Assembly (NCBI GenBank): GCA_050951805.1
Contig: JBMNJT010000002.1
Coordinates: 352,001 to 416,000 of the forward strand
Reading direction: 5' to 3'
Origin: Bacillota bacterium
Lineage (GTDB): Bacteria; Bacillota; DTU025
DNA: 64,000 bases
Within the stretch, counting starts at the first letter, position 1, and each line of letters opens with the position of its first letter. The notes below the pieces were generated by a model. The model was not told the DNA's origin and searched no databases. It saw only the letters and a program-made list of their open reading frames with translations. Both the position numbers and the translations under genes were made by a program. Shown here one piece after another: positions 1 through 10,199 of the stretch.

Positions 1-1117
1 GCCTGCTGAGCCCAAGCCCGAAGCCGGGGCATGTTTTTGGTTGCGGAAGCGCGACGTGGCCTTTGCCGAGCTTGCTGAAGTGTGGCTCAGGCGGCAGGTT
101 GCTGAAATAGCGGGGGAGGATGGGTATGGCCATTTCCGTGGATGCATTGGATGTGATGAGCTCCTCGATAAAATGGCCGCCACTGTTTTTGACGTGCGGC
201 CCTGGTCTGCAAACTCGCTCAACGAATACATAAAGTGCCCGTTCAGTTTCTTCTGCCAAAGCGTGCTAGGAATCGAGCCGCCGGATGAGGTCGGCGACGA
301 TGTGGACGCAAGGGACAAAGGCACATGTCTGCACGAGATCGTCAAGGAATTTATCAGTCGCCACATAGGCGAGCCGCTGGATCCAAACAAGGCCGATCAG
401 TACTGTGAAGAGATTACTAGGATAGCCTCTGACGTGGTGGACCGCACTCCTTCCGAACGCTCCGGGGTCCCCGCGTCTGTCTGGGATGCCTACTTTGCTG
501 GGATCATCGCGGCGTCTCGCGACTTTGTAATCAAGGAGTTGGAGTTTACTGAGGCTACGGGAGGGGTATGGCGCCCAATACATCTTGAATGGCCATTCGG
601 TTCATCTGTCCGGCAGTTGGCTGTGGGGGAGGGTCGGGTGCCCGTTACAGGCCGGATCGACAGGATAGATGCGGGACCAGGCGGCGCTCTTGCCATATAC
701 GATTACAAATCAGGGAAGACAGTGCCCAGTGCGAGGAATATCAAGGAGGTTGCCGACATTCAGCTCGGGCTTTATGCATTGGCAGCCGAGAGTCTGCTGA
801 AAGCGGAGGTTGCAGGGGTGTGGTACTACCAAGTTCCCTCCTTAGGGAGAACTGAAGGCGTTTGGAGGGCAGGTTACCACCAGCACTTCAATGCTGGACG
901 GAAGCGCGCCGGTAAGCTCGACGATGACCAGTGGCGCGCCTTCGCGGAACTGGTGGAAGAGACTGTTGAAAGGTGCGACAGGGGTGCGCGGCAGGGCATG
1001 TTTTCCCCCCAGCCTTCTGAAGAAGCATGCAGGTATTGCAGCTTCCCTGATGTTTGCAGGGTTGTGGAGCTCGATGCTGGCGATGCGTTTGGCAAAGGGG
1101 GTGGGCAAGATGTCTGA
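1..1117 (+). CDS. addB: AddB-like PD-(D/E)XK nuclease subunit, 5'-truncated by the window edge
   Basis: Frame is open from position 2. Motifs SANSLNEYIKCPFSFF, GTCLHE, GRIDRID, IYDYKSG, QLGLY and terminal CRYCSFPDVC. Overlaps the start of a UvrD-type helicase-nuclease. Confidence 0.8.
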   Translation, partial: PAEPKPEAGACFWLRKRDVAFAELAEVWLRRQVAEIAGEDGYGHFRGCIGCDELLDKMAATVFDVRPWSANSLNEYIKCPFSFFCQSVLGIEPPDEVGDDVDARDKGTCLHEIVKEFISRHIGEPLDPNKADQYCEEITRIASDVVDRTPSERSGVPASVWDAYFAGIIAASRDFVIKELEFTEATGGVWRPIHLEWPFGSSVRQLAVGEGRVPVTGRIDRIDAGPGGALAIYDYKSGKTVPSARNIKEVADIQLGLYALAAESLLKAEVAGVWYYQVPSLGRTEGVWRAGYHQHFNAGRKRAGKLDDDQWRAFAELVEETVERCDRGARQGMFSPQPSEEACRYCSFPDVCRVVELDAGDAFGKGGGQDV

Positions 1118-4100
1118 GTGGACTCCATCTCAGCGTAGAGCCGTTTTTGATACTGACAGATCAATGGTTGTGGCCGCGGGGGCAGGCTCCGGCAAGACAA
1201 GGGTATTAGTGGGCAGATACCTCTATCTCCTCGAATCTGGCTTGGCTGACTTGGATGAGATCGTGGCGATTACGTTTACGGAAAAAGCGGCCACCGAGAT
1301 GAAGGGGCGGGTCTGGTCAACCATTGTCCAACGCCAGGCTGAGGCAGAGGCCTGTGGTGAGGACGCTGGGCGTTGGCGCGACCTTTCCCGCAGGCTTGCA
1401 AGTCAGGCCAGGATAAGCACGATAGATGCTTTTTGCTCCCGGCTTGTGCGGGACTATCCGCTGGAAGCCGGGGTTGACCCTCACTTCACGGTTTTAGATC
1501 CGCTCGATGCCTCGCGCCTCATAGACCAGGCGGCTATGGAGGCTATCGATGCGCTGATCCGCGAGGGCGATGAAAACATGGCCAGGCTCATCGCGGATTT
1601 CGGGGTGTCGAGGGTGGCGAAGGGAATTGCGTATGTCTATGGGAAAATGCGCACAACGGGCAGGCCTATGCAGGAGTTTGCCCGGATCAGCTCGGAGAAG
1701 ATTAGACGGTGTGCAGAGGAATCCAAGGATGGCCTGGCTGAAGAGTGGGACGACATAGTGGACACGCTTGCCGCGGGCGGTGCCGATGTGGGCCTGCTTT
1801 GCGCACTGGATTGGGATTCGCCCGAATTCATCGAGGAGTTCCTGAAGATCCATTCCACAGCGCAGCCGGTGCGGAGCGTAGTGACCGCGAAGGAGCTCGA
1901 TAAAATCGCCAAGCAGGTGCGGGAGAAGGCTGCGAATTTCGTTTACGCCGATATGATGGTGTCGACTGTGGAGACTGTTGTTAGGGCGTGCGAGGTGTTG
2001 GATGAGACGTACTTGTGGTTGCGGGGCAACGGAGCGTCCATGGATTTTGCCGGACTGGAGCTGGCTGCGCGGGATCTGCTGCGTGATACCGATGCCGGCG
2101 AACGGGTGAGGAAGCAGATCAAGTTCGTGATGGTAGATGAGTACCAAGACACGAATAGTCTGCAGCACGAGATAGTGATGGAGCTTGCGGGGGATCCGCC
2201 TGGAAACCGGCTGTTCATAGTGGGAGATGTTAAGCAGTCGATATATGGTTTCCGCGGGGCGGAAGTGGAGGTTTTCAAGGGCGCGATGGACGATGCGCAG
2301 ATGGATGGCGGGTATGCGGGAATGGAGGATCTGGGACAGAACTTCCGCTCAATCGATCCTTTGGTGCAGCTCACTAATTACGTTTTTAGCCCAGCCTTGT
2401 GCGATATCTGGACTAGTGACGCCACGGCGTTTCGAAGTATGCCCGCCTCGGCTCATCCCCGGACGGAGCTTCACGTTATTACCTACGGCAAATCCGAGCT
2501 CGGACGCGCATCACTGGCAGAGGCTGATCTTGTGGCATCGCGAATCGCGCAGATGGTGGCCGATGGGGAGCAGCTCGTATGCGAGCACGACAGGGAAACC
2601 GGAGAGCTTGTGGGAACGCGGCCGGTGAGATACAAGGATATTGCCGTACTGCTCAAAACCACTAGCAGGCTGGAGAATTTCGAGGCCGCTTTGGAGCGGT
2701 ATGAGGTGCCGTATTACGTCGTCTCCGGTAGGGGGTTCTATGGCCGTCCGGAGGTAGTCTGGGTAGTAAACATGCTCAAGGCTATCGACGACCCATGTGA
2801 TGACCTGTCCCTTGCGGCGGTGCTCAGACATCCGGTCTTCGGGCTTTCCGACGAGTCTCTCTTGCGTCTAGCTCTTGCAGGCGGCCTTGCTCACGCGTTT
2901 TGCGATATGGATGTGGCGGTTGACGGGTGGGAGGCAAACGAAAGGAAGAAGCTCGGGCGGGCGAGAGAGTGCATGGAAAGCTTGAGGCGGCTTGCCGGCA
3001 GGTTGAGCCCTGGCGGGATGATTCAAGCAGTGCTCGATGCCACCCAATTCGAGCCATATCTTGCCATGACGGCTGACGGACTCAAGGCCATAGGCAATGT
3101 CCATAAATTGGCTGAAATGGCCAGGGAAGCTTCCCGGTCGGCTACGTCGATCAGGGATTTCATAGACATGATCGAGCGTGCAGCCATAGATGACGCCAAG
3201 GAGGCTGAGGCGTCGCTCGTGGAAGAAGAAGCAGATGTTGTGACGGTGATGACGGTCCACAAATCCAAGGGTTTGGAGTTCCCGGTCGTAATCGTTCCCG
3301 AGCTTAACCGAGGAACTGGGAGTTGGAACACGCCCATCTTCGAGTTTGCTGCAGACATGGGTATTGCCGTGCCGATCTCGCCTGAGATCCGATACCGTGA
3401 CACGTCATTTGGAAGTCTGGTCGCGGACGAACTGGCCTGCGCTGAGAATGAAGAGAGCATGAGATGCCTCTATGTGGCCTCCACCCGTGCCTCCGACTAT
3501 CTGGTGCTAACATCTACCCTTGAGGCGTCTGCCAATCTTATGTCGCTGGATGGAGCTCCTGAATGGTTGATGCCATATGGCCAGGCTGTTGTGGAGTCCT
3601 TCTTCGCGGCTGCGGGAGGAGATGTGGCCTCAGGATGTGGAGATGCTGAGGAGGTATTCGAGGCTGTTGTGGCGCTTGGGCCTGGCAGCGAAGCGTTGGT
3701 GCATGTGAGGATGCTTCCTCTTGCAGGCTACATGTGGGACAAGGGGGCAGAAGAGGCCGGAAAGGGGCCTGCGGCGGGATATGTTTCGGGGCTGGCGTTA
3801 GAGCCCGCCCAGGAGGCGGCAACAGTGCCAACAGGCTCAGCAGTGCTGCGAGCAGAGTCGGTGGCAGATCAGTTCAGGCTGGTTGGCCCTGTAAAGGTTG
3901 CTCCCGATCAGGATGATCCCGTTCAGGTGTCGGTCTCGGCTTTGATGTGCCTTGACAGGTGTCCCCGTTGGTACGTCTACGAGTACGTGCTCGGCCTTTC
4001 AAGGGTTCAGGGGAGCCTCGTCGCGCCATCGGTCGGGATGGAGATGGAGATGAGGCTCAATGCGGCTCAGCGCGGGTCGGTGGTCCACTCTGTATGTCAG

Positions 4101-4769
4101 TGGGCACGGAATGAAAATGAGGCTATGACTCTCCTCAAGAAGCAGCTAGGGGCGTACGGGCTTAGGGGTCGGGCGTTTGTGGAATCCGAAGAAGAGCTCT
4201 GGCCCTTGATACGCAATTACCTTGATAGCCCTGAAGCGTCGGCAGAAGGCAGGAGGGAGCAGGCGTTCCTGCTCGACCTGGGCGCCGCGGTTGTGTCGGG
4301 GATTGCAGACTACATAGCTGTTGATGAGTTCATGGTGGGCACCGTTGTTGACCTCAAGACGAACAGGCTCGATGACGAGGGCATCGATCTGGCCGCCCGT
4401 GACTACCGCACCCAGATGGATGCGTATGCCCTCGCAGTTCACAGGGGGTTGGGGGCGAAACGGGTCACTGCGGTTCTGAATTTTCTCCATCCCAACGTGC
4501 GTGTGGCACTTGAATACGGCCAGGAGGAATTTGCTGAGGCAGAGGAGAGACTGATTCGCCTTGCCGCGAGAACGGCGGATTGCAGATTGGAGTCGACGAA
4601 GCCTGAGTGGAGCCGCCACTGTAGGGTCTGTTACTACTCTAGGATGTGCTGGCCTGAAAGGGACGACGTAGACGCGGTGCAGCCTTTAGATGCGTGGCAT
4701 GAGGTGGAGCCTGAGGTTGGGGATGATGACGGCTTCCTCGAGGCTGAATTGGGCGGAGAGGCAGAGTAA
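1110..4769 (+). CDS. addA: AddA-like UvrD helicase with C-terminal PD-(D/E)XK nuclease
   Basis: Start moved to ATG 1110 (MSEWTPSQ). Motifs AGAGSGKT, TFTEKAA, STIDAFC, VDEYQD, VGDVKQSIYGFRGA, NFRS, MTVHKSKGLEF, YVASTRA; C-terminal GIAD...VDLKT...QMDAY. Confidence 0.9.
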   Translation: MSEWTPSQRRAVFDTDRSMVVAAGAGSGKTRVLVGRYLYLLESGLADLDEIVAITFTEKAATEMKGRVWSTIVQRQAEAEACGEDAGRWRDLSRRLASQARISTIDAFCSRLVRDYPLEAGVDPHFTVLDPLDASRLIDQAAMEAIDALIREGDENMARLIADFGVSRVAKGIAYVYGKMRTTGRPMQEFARISSEKIRRCAEESKDGLAEEWDDIVDTLAAGGADVGLLCALDWDSPEFIEEFLKIHSTAQPVRSVVTAKELDKIAKQVREKAANFVYADMMVSTVETVVRACEVLDETYLWLRGNGASMDFAGLELAARDLLRDTDAGERVRKQIKFVMVDEYQDTNSLQHEIVMELAGDPPGNRLFIVGDVKQSIYGFRGAEVEVFKGAMDDAQMDGGYAGMEDLGQNFRSIDPLVQLTNYVFSPALCDIWTSDATAFRSMPASAHPRTELHVITYGKSELGRASLAEADLVASRIAQMVADGEQLVCEHDRETGELVGTRPVRYKDIAVLLKTTSRLENFEAALERYEVPYYVVSGRGFYGRPEVVWVVNMLKAIDDPCDDLSLAAVLRHPVFGLSDESLLRLALAGGLAHAFCDMDVAVDGWEANERKKLGRARECMESLRRLAGRLSPGGMIQAVLDATQFEPYLAMTADGLKAIGNVHKLAEMAREASRSATSIRDFIDMIERAAIDDAKEAEASLVEEEADVVTVMTVHKSKGLEFPVVIVPELNRGTGSWNTPIFEFAADMGIAVPISPEIRYRDTSFGSLVADELACAENEESMRCLYVASTRASDYLVLTSTLEASANLMSLDGAPEWLMPYGQAVVESFFAAAGGDVASGCGDAEEVFEAVVALGPGSEALVHVRMLPLAGYMWDKGAEEAGKGPAAGYVSGLALEPAQEAATVPTGSAVLRAESVADQFRLVGPVKVAPDQDDPVQVSVSALMCLDRCPRWYVYEYVLGLSRVQGSLVAPSVGMEMEMRLNAAQRGSVVHSVCQWARNENEAMTLLKKQLGAYGLRGRAFVESEEELWPLIRNYLDSPEASAEGRREQAFLLDLGAAVVSGIADYIAVDEFMVGTVVDLKTNRLDDEGIDLAARDYRTQMDAYALAVHRGLGAKRVTAVLNFLHPNVRVALEYGQEEFAEAEERLIRLAARTADCRLESTKPEWSRHCRVCYYSRMCWPERDDVDAVQPLDAWHEVEPEVGDDDGFLEAELGGEAE

Positions 4770-4778
4770 GGTTGCGGG

Positions 4779-5204
4779 GTTAGACGAGTCCGTCAACATG
4801 GGCAGGGCATACGAAATCGGCTTTGAAGTCTTTGGCAAGTTCTGCTATGGCGTTTATGGGGTACATTGTTGGGCTTCTGGCGTGGCAGACGACAGGCTCC
4901 ACCTGGATGTGCCCGATGCGCTGATCGATCTGCGTGGGGTACCATTGACCATCACATTACAAAACTGCATATTGCGGCCTTTGTCCCCGGGTTCTGTCGA
5001 CAGCGGAACCCAGGTTTTGCTTTGGAGAGATTCGATTGCGCGCTCGCACCTAGACATGTCGCCTGAGAAGACGGAGTAGGCAATGTCGTTGCACGGTAAC
5101 CGGTGAATAACAACACCGTTGTGTCTGCCTGTTCGACCAGTGAAACCAGGGCCTCTGGAACTGGCGGACATCACCTTGTTGGCCAGGTCATCGAGGCGTT
5201 TCAT
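4779..5204 (-). pseudogene. Degraded coding remnant, possibly the C-terminus of an MBL/beta-CASP nuclease
   Basis: Protein-like peptides in different minus frames (EALVSLVEQADTTVLLFTGY; VCHARSPTMYPINAIAELAKDFKADFVCPAH) with no intact ORF. Confidence 0.2.
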
Positions 5205-5400
5205 TCTGTCTGCGGGTCCGAGCGGGTCTGGCGAGGAGACTAGGTTTTAGACATATCCTGCGAAAGGTGGCTGAGGGTGCCTTTTTGTGGACCTACTGAT
5301 CGCATAATCCGCCCATTTGGTGCCAAGCGGAGCTCAATAGGAATACAATGAGTGGAGGCGAGCACGAAGCAGCGGATCTCGGAGCGGAAACATGGCCTTA

Positions 5401-5433
5401 TTCTGTCTGGAACACGGCCAGAGCCAGACGGAA
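5401..5433. terminator. Hairpin downstream of livF
   Basis: TTCTGTCTGG...CCAGACGGAA imperfect inverted repeat about 35 nt past the livF stop. Confidence 0.3.
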
Positions 5434-5467
5434 TTGGGTAGATTCCCCTACTCGATCCGGACCTCGC

Positions 5468-6184
5468 CTACGCCGTTACATCCTGCCCTAAGTATGCACG
5501 CCGAACCGCTTCGTCGTTGAGTAGGTCGGCCCCGTTTCCCTGAAGCACGATGGTTCCTGATTCCATCACATAGCCGTAGTCGGCGATGGCCAGGGCGGCC
5601 TGGGCGTTCTGCTCTATAAGGAGCACGGTGACGCCCTCGGAGTGTATCTCCGAAATCACGCGGAAGACTTCTTCCACGAGGATGGGGGCGAGGCCGAGTG
5701 ATGGTTCATCCATGAGCAGGAGCGATGGTTTTGCCATGAGGCCCCGGGCTATTGCAAGCATCTGCTGTTCGCCGCCTGACAGAGTCCCGCCCTTCTGGGC
5801 AGCGCGCTCTTTCAGCCGCGGGAAAAGGTTGAAAACGCGCTCGCGATCGCGGGCGATCTCATCTTGGTCAGTTCGGGAATAGGCACCAAGGTGGAGGTTT
5901 TCAATGACTGTGAGGTCGGGAAAGATCTGTCTTCCTTCAGGGACCATGGTTATGCCTGCTTTGACTATCTGGGTCACGCCCATGTCGAGCAGGTTATGCC
6001 CCTCGTAGAGGAGTCGGCCGGATGAGGGCTTTTTTAATCCGCAGATCGTTCTGAGCAGGGTGCTTTTGCCTGCGCCGTTGGCGCCTACCAAGGTGACGAG
6101 AGTCCCTTGGGGCACGGTCAGAGAGACGCCCTTGATGGCATGGATTCCGTCGTAGTAGACCTCAAGATCCTTTATTTCCAACAA
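5468..6184 (-). CDS. livF: Branched-chain amino acid ABC transporter ATPase
   Basis: GANGAGKST, VPEGRQIF, LSGGEQQMLAIAR, DEPSLGLAP, VRRAYLG. Confidence 0.95.
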   Translation of the reverse strand: MLEIKDLEVYYDGIHAIKGVSLTVPQGTLVTLVGANGAGKSTLLRTICGLKKPSSGRLLYEGHNLLDMGVTQIVKAGITMVPEGRQIFPDLTVIENLHLGAYSRTDQDEIARDRERVFNLFPRLKERAAQKGGTLSGGEQQMLAIARGLMAKPSLLLMDEPSLGLAPILVEEVFRVISEIHSEGVTVLLIEQNAQAALAIADYGYVMESGTIVLQGNGADLLNDEAVRRAYLGQDVTA

Positions 6185-6962
6185 CTGCTCCGCCCCCCAG
6201 ATAAGCTTTGATTACCCTCTCGTTTCGCTGGATCTCCGCCGGGGTGCCTTCGGCGATGATCTCGCCGTGATCGAGGACTGTCATGCGCTCGCAGATTCCC
6301 ATAACCACTTTCATCTCGTGTTCTATCAAGAGTATTGTCACGCCAAACTCTTCCCGGATATCGGTGATGAGGCGCATAAGGTTTTCTGTTTCCGCGGGGT
6401 TCATTCCGGCTGCAGGTTCATCCAAGAGAAGGACTTTGGGTTTTGTGGCCAGGGCCCGGGCGATTTCCAGTCGGCGCTGCTGGCCATATGGAAGCGCGTT
6501 GGCGCGGTAGTCGGAGAAGTCGTCCAGGCCGACTTCCTCGAGCAGTTGGGTTGCGGTCTGGGCCATTCGGGCTTCCTCAGCCCTGTGCTGGGGCAGGGCA
6601 AGTAGGGCCTGTGCGAGATTGACCTCGCGCCTGAGATGGAGGCCGACAAGTACGTTGTCGAGGACTGTGAGGTTCTGGAAGAGCCTGATGTTCTGGAAAG
6701 TCCGGGCTATGCCGCGATAGGCGATCCGATCCGGGCTGAGCCCTGTGATGTCGTCGCCGAAGAGCTTGATTGCCCCGGCAGATGGGCGGAGAACGCCTGA
6801 CACGATATTGAAGACGGTTGTCTTGCCGGCGCCGTTGGGGCCGATCAATCCGTAGAGGGCTCCTTCCGGCACGCGCAGATTGAAGTCGCTCACCGCTGTG
6901 AGCCCGCCGAACTTCATTGTTACGTTTTCGCAGACTAGTGCGGGAACCGTGTTCTTGGACAT
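6162..6962 (-). CDS. livG: Branched-chain amino acid ABC transporter ATPase
   Basis: FGGLTAV, GPNGAGKTT, RTFQNIRLF, LPYGQQRRLEIARA, DEPAAGMN, IEHEM. Confidence 0.95.
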   Translation of the reverse strand: MSKNTVPALVCENVTMKFGGLTAVSDFNLRVPEGALYGLIGPNGAGKTTVFNIVSGVLRPSAGAIKLFGDDITGLSPDRIAYRGIARTFQNIRLFQNLTVLDNVLVGLHLRREVNLAQALLALPQHRAEEARMAQTATQLLEEVGLDDFSDYRANALPYGQQRRLEIARALATKPKVLLLDEPAAGMNPAETENLMRLITDIREEFGVTILLIEHEMKVVMGICERMTVLDHGEIIAEGTPAEIQRNERVIKAYLGGGAVVGNKGS

Positions 6963-6968
6963 TTCGCA

Positions 6969-8045
6969 TTACCCCTGTCTGCTCGTATTTGTACGGCACA
7001 ACCGCGTTGCAAATCTCTTTGCCCGATCGAGAGAGATCTCTCTGTCGCCCATGAATCCCTTGGGAAAGAAGAGGATGACTATCATCAGGGCGATTGAGAA
7101 GACCACCATTCGCATCCCCGGAATTCCCGGGAGCGCGAGGCCGAAGATTACCCGGGGTTCTTCGAGCGCCCGCAATGCCTCCATAGCCACTGTGACGAGG
7201 ACGGCGGAGATTACTGTGCCGGTGATGCTCCCCAACCCCCCGAGGACTGCCATCATGAGGACTGTGAAGGTGAGCGGAAACCTGAACATGTTCGGGTCGA
7301 TGGTGGTTATGAGGTTTCCGAGTAGTCCTCCGCCTACGCCTGCCATCATGGCCGACAATACGAATGCGAGGCATTTGTGGGAGAAGAGGTTGACCCCCAT
7401 GGCTTCAGCGGCGATCTCATCATCCCGGATGGCTTTGAGCGCCCGCCCGAAGCTCGATTTCATGAGTCTTGCCATGATTGCGATACAGATCAGAGCGAAA
7501 CCCCAGCTCCAGACGAGGTCTGTGTGTGGGGGAATCCCTTTAAGCCCCAGGGCGCCGTTGGTAATTGGTACGATGTTCGTAAAAACGACGCGGATGATCT
7601 CGGCAAAGCCCAAGGTGGTGATGGCCAGGTAGTCCCCGCGGAAGCGTATGGCCGGGGCGCCCACGAGAAAGCCCACGATTCCTGAGACGACGGCTGCCAT
7701 GAGAAGGGCGGGGAAAAAGCCCCACTGAATCGAGTTGAGCGGGTATATTAGTGGCTCGATGAAGTAGACTGCCTGCTTTATCTCTGGCGCCATTGTAAGG
7801 AGCGCTGTGGTGTACGCGCCGACTGCCATGAAACCAGCGATCCCCAAGGAAAACTGGCCTGTAAACCCGTTGCAGAGGTTGAGGCCTAAGGTTATGGCGA
7901 TGTAGATCCCGCAAAGATTGAGTATCCGAACGGCGTAGGCGTCCCAATGCTCTTGCCCCCACCAGAGAAGTAGGAAGAAGAGGACGAGGGCTGCGCAGAC
8001 CGCCGCTATCTTCAGTATTGGCTTCAAAATGCTCTTTCCTGCCAT
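6969..8045 (-). CDS. livM: Branched-chain amino acid ABC transporter permease
   Basis: Start at ATG 8045 (MAGKSIL), overlapping the livH stop. Motifs GFTGQFSLG, RFRGDYLAITTLGFAEI, AIRDDEIAAEAMGV, GGLGS. Confidence 0.93.
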   Translation of the reverse strand: MAGKSILKPILKIAAVCAALVLFFLLLWWGQEHWDAYAVRILNLCGIYIAITLGLNLCNGFTGQFSLGIAGFMAVGAYTTALLTMAPEIKQAVYFIEPLIYPLNSIQWGFFPALLMAAVVSGIVGFLVGAPAIRFRGDYLAITTLGFAEIIRVVFTNIVPITNGALGLKGIPPHTDLVWSWGFALICIAIMARLMKSSFGRALKAIRDDEIAAEAMGVNLFSHKCLAFVLSAMMAGVGGGLLGNLITTIDPNMFRFPLTFTVLMMAVLGGLGSITGTVISAVLVTVAMEALRALEEPRVIFGLALPGIPGMRMVVFSIALMIVILFFPKGFMGDREISLDRAKRFATRLCRTNTSRQG

Positions 8046-8938
8046 TATATTTTCACCCTTTGCTTGTCGCCGAGTAGGCCCGTCGGCCTGACCAGGAGAA
8101 TCAGAATGAGCACGATGAAGGCGAAGGCGTCCCTGTATCCGGCGAGCCCTGGAAGTAGGGCTACTAGCATGATCTCTCCGAAGCCGAGTATGAATCCGCC
8201 GAGCACTGCTCCGCTTATGTTGCCGATGCCCCCAAATACTGCGGCTATGAAGCACTTCAGTCCTGGGAAGAGGCCCATGTTCGGGTTTATCTCTGCAAAC
8301 CTGAGGCCCCACATGATCCCGCCCACTGCTGCTAAGGCGGAGCCGATCGCGAAGGTGATGGAGATCGCACGGTCCACGTCCACGCCCATGAGGCGGGCTG
8401 TGTCGAAATCCCACTGGGCGGCCCTCATGGCAAGGCCTGTTTTTGTCCTGTATACGATGTAGTTGAGGATGACGAGGAGGATGGCTGTGAGCAGCGGGAT
8501 GACGAAGAAGAGCGCTACTACTTTGACTCCTCCCAGTTCGATTGGGGTCTGGAAGATGGGAGGCCGATAGAAGGTCTTCGGCCTCCCGCCGAATATGACA
8601 AGCCCTAAGTTGGCCATGAGGAAGGAGACGCCTATGGCGGAGATCAGGACGGAGATCCGGGGCGCGTCTCTGAGCGGCCTGTAGGCGGCGCGTTCAATGA
8701 CGACTCCCAAAAGGGCTGTGAGGACGATGGCTAGCACGAATGCCACCTGCCATGGGAGGGCAAAAACGGCCGTCCCATAGAAGGCGAAGTAGGTGCTGAC
8801 CATGAAGATCTCGCCGTGGGCGAAATTGATGAGCCCTAAGATGCCATAGACCATGGTGTAGCCTATGGCTAGCAATGCGTAGAGACTGCCGAGGGTTATT
8901 CCGTTCGCAATATTCTGGAGTAAGATCTCCACAGTCAT
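8045..8938 (-). CDS. livH: Branched-chain amino acid ABC transporter permease
   Basis: NGITLGSLYALLAIGYTMVYGILGLINFAHG and FGGIGNISGA; GGAGG 9 nt upstream of ATG 8938. Confidence 0.95.
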   Translation of the reverse strand: MTVEILLQNIANGITLGSLYALLAIGYTMVYGILGLINFAHGEIFMVSTYFAFYGTAVFALPWQVAFVLAIVLTALLGVVIERAAYRPLRDAPRISVLISAIGVSFLMANLGLVIFGGRPKTFYRPPIFQTPIELGGVKVVALFFVIPLLTAILLVILNYIVYRTKTGLAMRAAQWDFDTARLMGVDVDRAISITFAIGSALAAVGGIMWGLRFAEINPNMGLFPGLKCFIAAVFGGIGNISGAVLGGFILGFGEIMLVALLPGLAGYRDAFAFIVLILILLVRPTGLLGDKQRVKI

Positions 8939-9053
8939 CGTCTTCAACCTCCCATCAGGCGTTGGGCCGCGTGTTGTGCGAAGCCAGGTCGGCCCCTACC
9001 TGGGCGAAATCCTGTCCTATCCGGGCTCCTTTCCTCAGCAAAGGTTATTCTGA

Positions 9054-10199
9054 TTAACGCGGGTGCACGACATCGACCAGCTTGAACTGGCCATCCTTGA
9101 CCACCAGAACTACTGCGCTCTTCGTGGCATCGCCGTTCTTATCGAGGGTGATGATGCCTGTTGCGCCCATGAAATTCTTGGTTTTGGCCATGGCATCGCG
9201 GATGGCTTTGGGGTCTGATGAGCCCGCGCGCTCGATGGCGTCGAGGACCAGGTTGTAGCAGTCGTATCCCAATGCGGCGAAGGTGTTCGGGGCTATCTTG
9301 TATTTTGCCTTGTACAGGGCTACGAATTTCTCTGAGGCTGGGGTTACCGGGGCGTCCGCGCTGTAATGGGTGCTGAAGTAGACGCCTTCGACGTTCTTTC
9401 CGCCTATCTGGATGAATTCGGGGGCCTCAAAAGTATCTCCGCCGAGGAAGGGCATCTTAAGCCCTAGCGAGCGGGCCTGGGTTATGAGGACTGCTGCGTC
9501 GGCGTAGTAGCCAGGGGCGAAGACTACATCGGGTTTTGCGTTGGCCACGTAGGTCAGCTGCGCAGTGTAGTCGCGGTCGCCTGTTTGATATGAGGTGAAG
9601 GCGACTATCGATTTGGGGTTCCCAGTCATTTCAGTAAAGGCTTGCTTAAAGAAGTTGGCAAGGCCAACTGCGTAGTCTTGGGCGATGTCTTGGATGATGG
9701 CTGCGGTACGGGCGCCAAGCTTTTCGTAGGCGAACTGCGCCATGACACGGCCCTGGAATGGGTCGATGAAGCAGGCGCGGAAGTAGTAGTCATTGCCAAG
9801 TGTAACCAAGGGGTTTGTAGGCGAGCATCCCATGACCGGGACCTTTGCCGCCTGGGCCACGGGCCCGCCCGACATGGAGAGGGCGCTTCCGTAGCTGCCG
9901 ATAATTGCGCAAACCTTGTCTTTCTGGATGAGCCGGGTGACCGCTGTGGCGGCTTCAACTTTGTCGCTGCGGTTGTCGACTAGGATCACTTTGACCGGGA
10001 GTCCTAAGACCGTAGGCCTCTGTTCGTGGGCGAGCTGGATGCCTTCCATTGTCATCTGGCCGCCAGCTGCCATGGCCCCGGTCATGGGTTCGTAGACGCC
10101 GATTCTGATCTCCGTTTCCCGCTGCGCGGCAGCGATGCTGCAGAGGCTCATGAGGATCAGGCAGAGGAGCGCCGTTATCAGTCGTCGATTCAGTCTCAT
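9054..10199 (-). CDS. livK: Branched-chain amino acid ABC substrate-binding protein (LivJ/K family)
   Basis: Signal peptide, IGVYEPMTG, FRACFIDPFQG, DYTAQLT, ALGYD; AAGGAGG RBS. Confidence 0.9.
   Translation of the reverse strand: MRLNRRLITALLCLILMSLCSIAAAQRETEIRIGVYEPMTGAMAAGGQMTMEGIQLAHEQRPTVLGLPVKVILVDNRSDKVEAATAVTRLIQKDKVCAIIGSYGSALSMSGGPVAQAAKVPVMGCSPTNPLVTLGNDYYFRACFIDPFQGRVMAQFAYEKLGARTAAIIQDIAQDYAVGLANFFKQAFTEMTGNPKSIVAFTSYQTGDRDYTAQLTYVANAKPDVVFAPGYYADAAVLITQARSLGLKMPFLGGDTFEAPEFIQIGGKNVEGVYFSTHYSADAPVTPASEKFVALYKAKYKIAPNTFAALGYDCYNLVLDAIERAGSSDPKAIRDAMAKTKNFMGATGIITLDKNGDATKSAVVLVVKDGQFKLVDVVHPR

Noticed and set aside
891-1109. N-terminal extension of addA in the ORF track (likewise the extensions of livM to 8414 and of the phosphatase to 59320)
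   Set aside because: These overlap upstream genes or lack an RBS; family motifs and RBS support starts at 1110, 8045 and 59497.
6577-7632. 265-aa and 250-aa ORFs overlapping livG and livM
   Set aside because: Alternative-frame or antisense shadows in GC-rich coding DNA.
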